From: Eledone cirrhosa
Taxonomy: Eukaryota
Length of the DNA: 64,000 bases
Assembly (NCBI GenBank): GCA_964016885.1
Contig: OZ024745.1
Location: 49,290,001 to 49,354,000, forward strand
Direction: 5' to 3'
Each line of letters starts with the position of its first letter. The stretch's first letter is position 1. The notes under the pieces were generated by a model, which did no database searches, was not told the DNA's origin, and saw only the letters and a list, made by a program, of their open reading frames with translations. Positions 1-12,000 of the stretch are shown one piece after another. The position numbers and the translations under genes were made by a program.

Positions 1-3000
1 GTGAGTTAGTGAGGGAGTGAGTGAGTGAGTGAATGAGTGAGTGAGTAAATGAGTTAGTGAGTGAGTGAGTGAGTGAGGGAGTGAGTGAGTGAGTTAGTGG
101 GTGAATGAGGGAGTGAGTAAACGAGTTAGTGAGTGAGTGAGTGAGTGAGTGAGTGAGTGGGTGAATGAGGGAGTGAGTGGGTTAGTGAGGGAGTGAGTGA
201 GTGAGTGAGTTAGTGAGGGAGTGAGTGAGTGAGTGGGTGAATGAGGGAGTGAGTAAATGAGGTAGTGAGTGAGTGAGTGAGTGGGTGAATGAGGGAGTGA
301 GTAAATGAGTTAGTTAGTGAGTGAGTGAGTGAGTTAGTGAAGGAGGGAGTGAGTAAATGAGTTAGTGAGTGAGCGAGTGAGTGAGTTAGCGAGTGAGTGA
401 GCGAGTGAGTGAGTTAGTGAGGGAGTGAGTTAGTGAGTGAGTGAGTGAGTGAGTTAGTGAGGGAGTGAGTTAGTGAGTGAGTGAGTGAGGGAGTGAGTAA
501 ATGAGTTAGTGAGTGAGTTAGTTAGTGAGTGAGTGAGTGAGTGAGTGAATGAGGGAGTGTGTAAATGAGTTAGTGAGTGAGTGAGCGAGTGAGTGAGTTA
601 GCGAGTGAGTGAGCGAGTGAGTGAGTGAGTGAGTGAGTGAGTGAGTGAGTGAGTGAGTGAGTGAGTGAGTGAGTGAGGGAGTGAGTAAATGAGTTAGTGA
701 GTGAGTTAGTTAGTGAGTGAGTGAGTGAGTTAGTGAATGAGGGAGTGAGTAAATGAGTTAGTGAGTGAGTGAGTGAGTGAGTGAGTTAGTGAGGGAGTGA
801 GTGAGTGAGTGGGTGAATGAGGGAGTGAGTAAATGAGGTAGTGAGTGAGTGAGTGAGTGGGTGAATGAGGGAGTGAGTAAATGAGTTAGTGAGTTAGTGA
901 GTGAGTGAGTGAGTTAGTGAGGGAGTGAGTGAGTGAGTGGGTGAATGAGGGAGTGAGTAAACGAGTTAGTGAGTGAGTGAGCGAGTGAGTGAGTGAGTGA
1001 GTGAGTGGGTGAGTGGGTGAGTGAGTGAGTGAGTGAGTGAGTGAGTGAGTGAGTGAGTGAGTGAGTGGGTGAGTGGGTGAATGAGGGAGTGAGTAAATGA
1101 GTTAGTGAGTGAGTTAGTGAGTGAGTGAGTTAGTGAGGGAGTGAGTTAGTGAGTGAGTGAATGAGGGAGTGAGTAAATGAGTTAGTGAGTGAGTTAGTGA
1201 GTAAGCGAGTTAGTGAGTGAGTGAGTGAGTGAGTTAGTGAGGGAGTGAGTGAGTGAGTGAGTGGGTGAATGAGGGAGTGAGTAAATGAGTTAGTGAGTAA
1301 GCGAGTGAGTGAGTAAGTGAGTGAGTGAGTGAATGAGGGAGTGAGTAAACAAGTTAGTGAGTGAGTGAGTGAGTGAGCGTGCGAGTGAGTGAGTGAGGGA
1401 GTGAGTGAGTGAGTGGGTGAATGAGGGAGTGAGTAAATGAGTTAGTTAGTGAGTGAGTGAGTGAGTTAGTGAATGAGGGAGTGAATAAATGAGTTAGTGA
1501 GTGAGTGAGTGAGTGAGTGAGTGAGTGAGTTAGTGAGTGACTGAGTGAGTGAGGGAGTGAGTGAGTGAGTGGGTGAATGAAGGAGTGAGTGAGTGAGTGA
1601 GTGAGTGAATGAGGGAGTGAGTAAATGAGTTAGTGAATGAGGGAGTGAGTAAATGAGTTAGTGAATGAGGGAGTGAGTAAATGAGTTAGTGAGGGAGTGA
1701 GTGAGTGAGTGAGTGAGTGAGTGAATGAGGGAGTGAGTAAACAAGTTAGTGAGTGAGTGAGTGAGTGAGTGAATGAGGGAGTGAGTAAACAAGTTAGTGA
1801 GTGAGTGAGTGAGCGTGTGAGTGAGTGGGTCAGTGAGTGAGTGGGTGAGTGAGTGAGTGAGTGGGTGAATGAAAGAGTGAGTAATCGAGTTAGTGAGTGA
1901 GTGAGTGAGTGAGTGGGTGAATGAGTGAGTGAGTGAGTGGGTGAGTGGGTGAATGAGGGAGTGAGTAAACGAGTTAGTGAGTGAGTGAGTGAGTGAGTGA
2001 GTGAGTGGGTGAGTGAGTGAATGAGGGAGTGAGTAAATGAGTTAGTGAGTGAGTGAGCGAGTGAGTGAGTTAGTGAGTTAGTGAGGGAGTGAGTAAATGA
2101 GTTAGAGAGTGAATGAGCGAGTTAGTGAGTTAGTGAGTGAGTGAGTTAGTTAGTGGGTGAGTGAGTGAGTGAGTGAGTGAGTCGGTGAACGAGGAAGTGA
2201 GTAAATGAGTGAGTAAGTTAGTTAGTGAGTGAGTGAGCGAGTGAGTGAGTAAGTGAGTGAGTGAGTGCGTGAATGAGGGAGTGAGTAAACGAGTGAGTGA
2301 GTGAGTGGGTGAGTGGGTGAATGAGGGAGTGAGTAAATGAGTTAGTGAGTGAATGAGTGAGTGAGTGAGTGAGTTAGTGAGGGAGTGAGTGGGTAAATGA
2401 GGGAGTGAGTGAGTGAGTGGGTGAATGAGGGAGTGAGTGGGTGAATGAGGGAGTGAGTAAATGAGTTATTAAGTGAGCGAGTGAGTGAGTAAGTGAGTGA
2501 GTGAGTGGGTGAATGAGGGAGTAGAGTAAACGATTTAGTGAGTGAGTGAGCGATTGAGTGCGTGGGTGAGTGAGTGAGTGAGTGAGTGAGTGAGTGGGTG
2601 AGTGAGTGGGTGAATGAGGGAGTGAGTAAACGAGTTAGTGAGTAAGTGAGTGAGTGAGCGAGTGAGTGGGTGAGTGAGTGAATGAGGGAGTGAGTAAATG
2701 AGTTAGTGAGTGAGTGAGTGAGCGAGTGAGTGAGTGAGTGGGTGAGTGAGTGAGTGAGTGGGTGAATGAGGGAGTGAGTAAATGAGTTAGTGAGTGAGTG
2801 AGCGAGTGAGTGAGTTATTGAGTGAGTGAGCGAGTGAGTGAGTTAGTGAGGGAGTGAGTGAGTGAGTGAATGAGTGAGTGAGTAAATGAGTTAGTGAGTG
2901 AGTGAGTGAGTGAGGGAGTGAGTGAGTGAGTTAGTGGGTGAATGAGGGAGTGAGTAAACGAGTTAGTGAGTGAGTGAGTGAGTGAGCGAGCGAGCGAGCG

Positions 3001-6000
3001 AGCGAGTGAGTGAGTGAGTGAGTGAGTGAGTGAGTTAGTGAGGGAGTGAGTGAGTGAGTGAGTGAATGAGGGAGTGTGTAAATGAGTTAGTGAGTGAGTG
3101 AGTGAGTGAGTTAGCGAGTGAGTGAGCGAGTGAGTGAGTTAGTGAGGGAGTGAGTTAGTGAGTGAGTGAATGAGGGAGTGAGTAAATGAGTTAGTGAGTG
3201 AGTGAGTGAGGGAGTGAGTGAGTGAGTGGGTGAATGAGAGAGTGAGTAAATGAGTTACTTAGTGAGTGAGTGAGTGAGTTAGTGAATGAGGGAGTGAGTA
3301 AATGAGTTAGTGAGTGAGTGAGTGAGTGAGTGAGTTAGTGAGGGAGTGAGTGAGTGAGTGGGTGAATGAGGGAGTGAGTAAATGAGGTAGTGAGTGAATG
3401 AGGGAGTGAGTAAATGAGTTAGTGAGTTAGTGTGTGAGTGACTTCGTGAGGGAGTGAGTGAGTGAGTGAGTGTGTGAATGAGGGAGTGAGTAAACGAGTT
3501 AGTGAGTAAGTGAGTGAGTGAGCGAGTGAGTGAGTTAGTGTGGGAGTGAGTTAGTGAGTGAGTGAGTAAATGAGTTAGTGAGTGAGTGAGTGACTGAGTG
3601 AGTGAGTTAGTGAGGGAGTGAGTGAGTCAGTGGGTGAGTGGGTGAATGAGGGAGTGAGTAAATGAGTTAGTGAGTGAGTGAGTGAGTGAGTTAGTGAGGG
3701 AGTGAGTGAGTGAGTGGGTGAATGAGGGAGTGAGTAAACGAGTTAGTGAGTGAGTGATTGAGTGGGTGAATGAGGGAGTGACTAAATGAGTTAGTTAGTG
3801 AGTGAGTGAGTGAGTTAGTGAATGAGGGAGTGAGTGGGTGAGTGAGTGAGTGCCTGACTGAGTGATGTGGGTGAATGAGGGAGTGAGTAAATGAGTTAGT
3901 GATTGAGTGAGTGCGTGAGCGAGTGAGTGAGTTAGTGAGTGAGTGAGTGGGTGAGTGGGTCAATGAGGGAGTGAGTAAATGAGTTAGTGAGTGAGTTAGT
4001 GAGTGAGTGAGTTAGTGAGGGAGTGAATTAGTGAGTGAGTGAATGAGGGAGTGAGTAAATGAGTTAGTGAGTGAATTAGTTAGTGAGGGAGTGAGGGAGT
4101 GAGTGAGTGAGTGGGTGAATGAGGGAGTGAGTAAACGAGTTAGTGAGTGAGTGAGTGAGTGGGTGAATGAGGGACTGAGTAAATGAGTTAGTTAGTGAGT
4201 TAGTGAATGAGGGAGTGAGTAAATGAGTTAGTGAGTGAGTGAATGAGTGGGTGAATGAGGGAGTGAGTAAATGAGTGAGTGAGTGAGTGAGTGAGTGAAT
4301 GAGGGAGTGAGTAAATGAGTTAGTGAGTGAGTGAGCGAGTTAGTTAGTGAGGGAGTGAGTGAGTGAGTGGGTGAATGATGGAGTGAGTAAATGAGTGAGT
4401 GAGTGAGTGAGTGAGTGAATGAGGGAGTGAGTAAATGAGTTAGTGAGTGAGCGAGTGAGTGAGTAAGTGAGTGAATGAGGGAGTGAGTAAACAAGTTAGT
4501 GAGTGAGTGAGTGAGTGAGCGTGTGAGTGAGTGGGTGAGTGAGTGAGTGGGTGTGTGAGTGAGTGAGTGAGTGGGTGAATGAGGGAGTGAGTAAATGAGT
4601 TAGTGAGTGAATGAGTGAGTGAGTGAGTGAGTTAGTGAGGGTGTGAGTGGGTGAATGAGGGAGTGAGTGAGTGAGTGGGTGAATGAGGGAGTGAGTGGGT
4701 GAATGAGGGAGTGAGTAAACGAGTTAGTGAGTGAGTGAGTGAGCGATTGAGTGAGTGGGTGGGTGAGTGAGTGAGTGGGTGAGTGAGTGGGTGAATGAGG
4801 GAGTGAGTGGGTAAACGAGTTAGTGAGTAAGTGAGTGAGTGAGCGAGTAAGTGGGTGAGTGAGTGAGTGAGTGGGTGAATGAGGGATTGAGTAAATGAGT
4901 TAGTGAGTAAGTGAGTGAGCGAGTGAGTGAGTGGGTGAGTGAGTGAGTGGGTGAATGAGGGAGTGAGTAAATGAGTTAGTGAGTGAGTTATTGAGTGAGT
5001 GAGCGAGTGAGTGAGCTAGTGAGGGAGTGAGTGAGTGAGTGAATGAGTGAGTGAGTAAATGAGTTAGTGAGTGAGTGAGTGAGTGAGGGAGTGAGTGAGT
5101 GAGTTAGTGGGTGAATGAGGGAGTGCGTAAACGAGTTAGTGAGTGAGTGAGTGAGTGAGTGGGTGAATGAGGGAGTGAGTGAGTGAGTGAGTGAATGAGG
5201 GAGTGTGTAAATGAGTTAGTGAGTGAGTTAGCGAGTGAGTGAGCGAGTGAGTGAGTTAGTGAGGGAGTGAGTTAGTGAGTGAGTGAATGAGGGAGTGAGT
5301 AAATGAGTTAGTGAGTGAGTGGGTGAGTGAGTGAGTGAGTGAGGGAGTGAGTGAGTGAGTGAGTGGGTGAATGAGGGAGTGAGTAAACGAGTTAGTTAGT
5401 GAGTGAGTGAGTGAGTTAGTGAATGAGGGAGTGAGTAAATGAGTTAGTGAGTGAGTGAGTGAGTTAGTGAGGGAGTGAGTGAGTGAGTGGGTGAATGAGG
5501 GAGTGAGTAAATGAGTTAGTTAGTGAGTGAGTGAGTGAGTTAGTGAATGAAGGAGTGAGTAAATGAGTTAGTGAGTGAGTGAGTGAGTGAGTGAGTTAGT
5601 GAGGGAGTGAGTGAGTGAGTGGGTGAATGAGGGAGTGAGTAAATGAGGTAGTGAGTGAGTGAGTGACTGGGTGAATGAGGGAGTGAGTAAATGAGTTAGT
5701 TAGTGAGTGAGTGAGTGAGTGAGTAAATGAGTTAGTGAGTGAGTGAGTGAGTGAGTGAGTTAGTGAGGGAGTGAGGGAGTGAGTGAGTGAGTGGGTGAAT
5801 GAGGGAGTGAGTAAACGAGTGAGTGAGTAAGTGAGTGAGTGAGTGAGTGAGTGAGTGAGTGAGTGAGTGAGTGAGTGAGTGAGTGAGTGAGTGAGTGAGT
5901 GAGTGGGTGAATGAGGGAGTGAGTAAATGAGTTAGTGTGTGAGTTAGTGAGTTAGTGAGGGAGTGAGTTAGTGAGTGAGTGAATGAGGGAGTGAGTAAAT

Positions 6001-9000
6001 GAGTTAGTGAGTGAGTTAGTGAGTAAGCGAGTTAGTGAGTGAATGAGTGAGTGAGTTAGTGAGGGAGTGAGTGAGTGAGTGAGTGGGTGAATGAGGGAGT
6101 GAGTAAATGAGTTAGTGAGTGAGTGAGCGAGTGAGTGAGTGAGTGGGTGAGTGATGAGTGGCTGAATGAGGGAGTGAGTCAATGAGTTAGTGAGTGAGCG
6201 AGTGAGTGAGTGAGTTAGTGAGGGAGTGAGTGGGTGAATGAGGGAGTGAGTGAGTGAGTGGGTGAATGAGGAAGTGAGTAAATGAGTTAGTGAGTGAATG
6301 AGTGAGTGAGTGAGTGAGTTAGTGAGGGAGTGAGTGGGTGAATGAGGGAGTGAGTGAGTGAGTGGGTGAATGAGGGAGTGAGTGGGTGAATGAGGGAGTG
6401 AGTAAATGAGTTATTAAGTGAGCGAGTGAGTAAGTGAGTGAGTGAGTGGGTGAATGAGGGAGTGAGTAAACGAGTTAGTGAGTGAGTGAGTGAGCGATTG
6501 AGTGAGTGGGTGAGTGAGTGAGTGAGTGGTTGAGTGAGTGGGTGAATGAGGGAGTGAGTAACCGAGTTAGTGAGTAAGTGAGTGAGTGAGCGAGTGAGTG
6601 GGTGAGTGAGTGAGTGAGTTATTGAGTGAGTGAGCGAGTGAGTGAGTTAGTAAATGAGTGAGTGAGTGAGTGAATGAGTGAGTGAGTAAATGAGTTAGTG
6701 AGTGAGTGAGTGAGGGAGTGAGTGAGTGAGTTAGTGGGTGAATGAGGGAGTGAGTAAACGAGTTAGTGAGTGAGTGAGTGAGTGAGTGAGTGAGTGAGTG
6801 GGTGAATGAGGGACTGAGTGAGTTAGTGAGGGAGTGAGTGAGTGAGTGAGTGAATGAGGGAGTGTGTAAATGAGTTAGTGAGTGAGTGAGTGAGTGAGTG
6901 AGTGAGCGAGTGAGTGAGTGAGTGGGTGAGTGAGTGAGTGAGTGGGTGAGTGAGCGAGTGAGTGAGTTAGCGAGTGAGTGAGCGAGTGAGTGAGATAGTG
7001 AGGGAGTGAGTTAGTGAGTGTGTGAGTTAGTGAGGGAGTGAGTTAGTGAGTGAGTGAGTGAGTAAATGAGTTAGTGAGTGAATGAGTGAGTGAGTGAGTG
7101 AGTGAGTGAGTGAGTGAGTGAATGAGGGAGTGAGTAAACGAGTTAGTTAGTGTGTGAGTGAGTGAGTGAGTGAGTTAGTGAGGGAGTGAGTGAGTGAGTG
7201 GGTGAATGAGGGAGTGAGTAAATGAGTTAGTTAGTTAGTGAGTGAGTGAGTTAGTGAATGAGGGAGTGAGTAAATGAGTTAGTGAGTGAGTGAGTGAGTG
7301 AGTGAGTTAGTGAAGGAGTGAGTGAGTGAGTGGGTGAATGAGGGAGTGAGTAAATGAGGTACTGAGTGAGTGAGTGAGTGGGTGAATGAGGGAGTGAGTA
7401 AATGAGTGAGTTAGTGAGTGAGTGAGTGAGTTAGTGAATGAGGGAGTGAGTAAATGAGTTAGTGAGTGAGTGAGTGAGTGAGTTAGTGAGGGAGTGAGTG
7501 AGTGAGTGGGTGAATGAGGGAGTGAGTAAACGAGTGAGTGAGTGAGTGAGTGAGTGAGTGAGTGAGTGAGTGAGTGAGTGAGTGAGTGAGTGAGTGAGTG
7601 GGTGAGTGGGTGAATGAGGGAGTGAGTAAATGAGTTAGTGAGTGAGTTAGTGAGTGAGTGAGTTAGTGAGGGAGTGAGTTAGTGAGTGAGTGAATGAGGG
7701 AATGAGTAAATGAGTTAGTGAGTGAGTTAGTGAGTAAGCGAGTTAGTGAGTGAGTGAGTGAGTGAGTTAGTGAGGGAGTGAGTGAGTGAGTGAGTGGGTG
7801 AATGAGGGAGTGAGTAAATGAGTTAGTGAGTAAGCGAGTGAGTGAGTAAGTGAGTGAGTGAGTGAATGAGGGAGTGAGTAAACAAGTTAGTGAGTGAGTG
7901 AGTGAGTGAGCGTGTGAGTGAGTGAGTGAGTGAGTGAATGAGGGAGTGAGTAAATGAGTTAGTTAGTGAGTGAGTGAGTGAGTTAGTGAATGAGGGAGTG
8001 AGTAAATGAGTTAGTGAGTGAGTGAGTGAGTGAGTGAGTGAGTGAGTTAGTGAGGGAGTGAGTGAGTGAGTGGGTGAATGAAGGAGTGAGTAAATGAGGT
8101 AGTGAGTGAGTGAGTGAGTGAGTGAGTGAATGAGGGAGTGAGTAAATGAGTTAGTGAATGAGGGAGTGAGTAAATGAGTTAGTGAATGAGGGAGTGAGTA
8201 AGTGAGTGAGTGAGTGAGTGAGTGAGTGAGTGGGTGAATGAGGGAGTGAGTAAATGAGTTAGTGAGTGAGTTAGTGAGTGAGTGAGTTAGTGAGGGAGTG
8301 AGTTAGTGAGTGAGTGAATGAGGGAGTGAGTAAACGAGTTAGTGAGTGTGTGTGTGAGTGAGTGAGTGAGTGAGTGAGTGAGTGAGTGAGTGAGTGAGTG
8401 AGTGAGTGAGTGAGTGAGTGAGTGAGTGAGTGAGTGAGTGAGTGAGTGAGTGAGTGAGTGAGTGAGTGAGTGGGTGAATGAGGGAGTGAGTAAATGAGTT
8501 AGTGAGTGAGTTAGTGAGTGAGTGAGTTAGTGAGGGAGTGAGTTAGTGAGTGAGTGAATGAGGGAGTGAGTAAATGAGTTAGTGAGTGAGTTAGTGAGTA
8601 AGCGAGTTAGTGAGTGAGTGAGTGAGTTAGTGAGGGAGTGAGTGAGTGAGTGAGTGGGTGAATGAGGGATTGAGTAAATGAATTACTGAGTAAGCGAGTG
8701 AGTGAGTAAGTGAGTGAGTGAGTGAATGAGGGAGTGAGTAACCAAGTTAGTGAGTGAGTGAGTGAGTGAGCGTGTGAGTGAGTGGGTGAGTGAGTGAGTG
8801 GGTGAGTGAGTGAGTGAATGAGTGGGTGAATGAGGGAGTGAATAAATGAGTTAGTGAGGGAGTGAGTGAGTGAGTGAGTGAGTGGGTGAATGATGGAGTG
8901 AGTAAATGAGTGAGTGAGTGAGTTAGTGAGGGAGTGAGTGAGTGACTGAGTGGGTAAATGAGGGAGTGAGTAAACGAGTTAGTGAGTGAGTGAGTGAGTG

Positions 9001-12000
9001 AGTGAGCGAGTGAGTGAGTGAGTGGGTGGGTGAGTGAGTGAGTGAGTGGGTGAATGAGGGAGTGAGTGAGTGAGCGAGTGAGAGAATTATTGAGTGAGTG
9101 AGCGAGTTAGTGAGTTAGTGAGGGATTGAGTGAGTGAATGAGGGAGTGAGTAAATGAGTTAGTGAGTGAGTGAGTGAGTGAGTGAGTTGGTGAATGAGGG
9201 AGTGAGTAAATGAGTTAGTGAGTGAGTGAGTTGGTGAATGAGGGAGTGAGTAAATGAGTTAGTGAGTACGTGAGCGAGTGAGTGAGTGAGTGAGTGAGTG
9301 AGTGAGTGAGTGAGTGAGTGAATGAGGGAGTGTGTAAATGAGTTAGTGAGTGAGCGAGTGAGTGCGTTAGTGAGTGAGTGAGCGAGTGAGTGAGTTAGTG
9401 AGGGAGTGAGTTAGTGAGTGAGTGAATGAGTGAGCGTGTGAGTGAGTGGGTGAGTGAGTGAGTGGGTGAGTGAGTGAATGAGGGAGTGAGTAAATGAGTT
9501 AGGGAGTGAGTGAGTGAATTAGTTAGTGAGGGAGTGAGGGAGTGAGTGAGTGAGTGGGTGAATGAGGGAGTGAGTGAGTGAGTGGGTGAATGAGGGAGTG
9601 AGTAAACGAGTTAGTTAGTGAGTGAGTGAATGAGTTAGTGAATGAGGGAGTGAGTAAATGAGTTAGTGAGTGAGTGAGTGAGTGAGTTAGTGAGGGAGTG
9701 AGTGAGTGAGAGGGTGAATGATGGAGTGAGTAAATGAGTGAGTGAGTGAATGAGGGAGTGAGTAAATGAGTTAGTGAGTGAGTGAGTGAATTAGTTAGTG
9801 AGGGAGTGAGTGAGTGAGTGAGTGAGTGAGTGGGTGAATGAGGAAGTGAGTAAATGAGTTAGTTAGTGAGTGAGTGAGTGAGTTAGTGAATGAGGGAGTG
9901 AGTAAATGAGTTAGTGAGTGAGTGAGTGAGTGAGTTAGTGAGGGAGTGAGTGAGTGAGAGGGTGAATGAGGGAGTGAGTAAATGAGTGAGTGAGTGAATG
10001 AGGGAGTGAGTAAATGAGTTAGTGAGTGAGTGAGCGAGTTAGTTAGTGAGCGAGTGAGTGAGTGAGTGAGTGAGTGGGTGAATGAGGGAGTGAGTAAATG
10101 AGTTAGTGAGTGAGCGAATGAGTGAGTGAGTGAGTGAGTGAGTGAGTGAGTGAGTGAGTGAGTGAGTGAGTGAGTGAGTGAATGAGGGAGTGATTAAACA
10201 AGTTAGTGAGTGAGTGAGTGAGTGAGTGAATGAGGGAGTGAGTAAACAAGTTAGTGAGTGAGTGAGTGAGCGTGTGAGTGAGTGGGTGAGTGAGTTAGTG
10301 GGTGAGTGAGTGAGTGGGTGAGTGGGTGAATCAGGGAGTGAGTAAACGAGTTAGTGAGTGAGTGAGTGAGTGAGCGAGTGAGTGAGTGAGTGGGTGAGTG
10401 AGTGAATGAGGGAGTGAGTAAATGAGTTAGTGAGTGAGTGAGCGAGTGAGTGAGTTAGTGAGTTAGTGAGGGAGTGAGTAAATGAGTTAGAGAGTGAATG
10501 AGCGAGTGAGTGAGTTAGTGAGTGAGGGAGTTAGTTAGTGGGTGAGTGAGTGAGTGAGTCGGTGAACGAGGAAGTGAGTAAATGAGTGAGTGAGTTAGTT
10601 AGTGAGTGAGTGAGCGAGTGAGTGAGTAAGTGAGTGAGTGAGTGCTTGAATGAGGGAGTGAGTAAACGAGTGAGTGAGTGAGTGGGTGAGTGGGTGAATG
10701 AGGGAGTGAGTAAATGAGTTAGTGAGTGAATGAGTGAGTGAGTGAGTGAGTTAGTGAGGGAGTGAGTGGGTGAATGAGGGAGTGAGTGAGTGAGTGGGTG
10801 AATGAGGGAGTGAGTGGGTGAATGAGGGAGTGAGTAAATGAGTTATTAAGTGAGCGAGTGAGTGAGTAAGTGAGTGAGTGAGTGGGTGAATGAGGGAGTA
10901 GAGTAAACGAGTTAGTGAGTGAGTGAGCGATTGAGTGCGTGGGTGAGTGAGTGAGTGAGTGAGTGAGTGGGTGAGTAAGTGGGTGAATGAGGGAGTGAGT
11001 AAACGAGTTAGTGAGTAAGTGAGTGAGTGAGCGAGTGAGTGGGTGAGTGAGTGAATGAGGGAGTGAGTAAATGAGTTAGTGAGTGAGTGAGTGAGCGAGT
11101 GAGTGAGTGAGTGGGTGAGTGAGTGAGTGAGTGGGTGAATGAGGGAGTGAGTAAATGAGTTAGTGAGTGAGTGAGCGAGTGAGTGAGTTATTGAGTGAGT
11201 TATTGAGTGAGTGAGTTAGTGAGGGAGTGAGTGAGTGAGTGAGTGAATGAGTGAGTGAGTAAATGAGTTAGTGAGTGAGTGAGTGAGTGAGGGAGTGAGT
11301 GAGTGAGTTAGTGGGTGAATGAGGGAGTGAGTAAACGAGTTAGTGAGTGAGTGAGTGAGTGAGCGAGCGAGCGAGCGAACGAGCGAGTGTGTGAGTGAGT
11401 GAGTGAGTGAGTTAGTGAGGGAGTGAGGGAGTGAGTGAGTGAGTGAGTGAATGAGGGAGTGTGTAAATGAGTTAGTGAGTGAGTGAGCGAGTGAGTGAGT
11501 TAGCGAGTGAGTGAGCGAGTGAGTGAGTTAGTGAGGGAGTGAGTTAGTGAGTGAGTGAATGAGGGAGTGAGTAAATGAGTTAGTGAGTGAATGAGGGAGT
11601 GAGTAAATGAGTTAGTGAGTTAGTGTGTGAGTGAGTTAGTGAGGGAGTGAGTGAGTGTGTGAATGAGGAAGTGAGTAAACGAGTTAGTGAGTTAGTGTGG
11701 GAGTGAGTTAGTGAGTGAGTGAGTAAATGAGTTAGTGAGTGAGTGAGTGACTGAGTGAGTGAGTTAGTGAGGGAGTGAGTGAGTCAGTGGGTGAGTGGGT
11801 GAATGAGGGAGTGAGTAAATGAGTTAGTGAGTGAGTGAGTGAGTGAGTTAGTGAGGGAGTGAGTGAGTGAGTGGGTGAATGAGGGAGTGAGTAAACGAGT
11901 TAGTGAGTGAGTGATTGAGTGGGTGAATGAGGGAGTGAGTAAATGAGTTAGTTAGTGAGTGAGTGAGTGAGTTAGTGAGTGAGTGAGTGAGTTAGTGAAT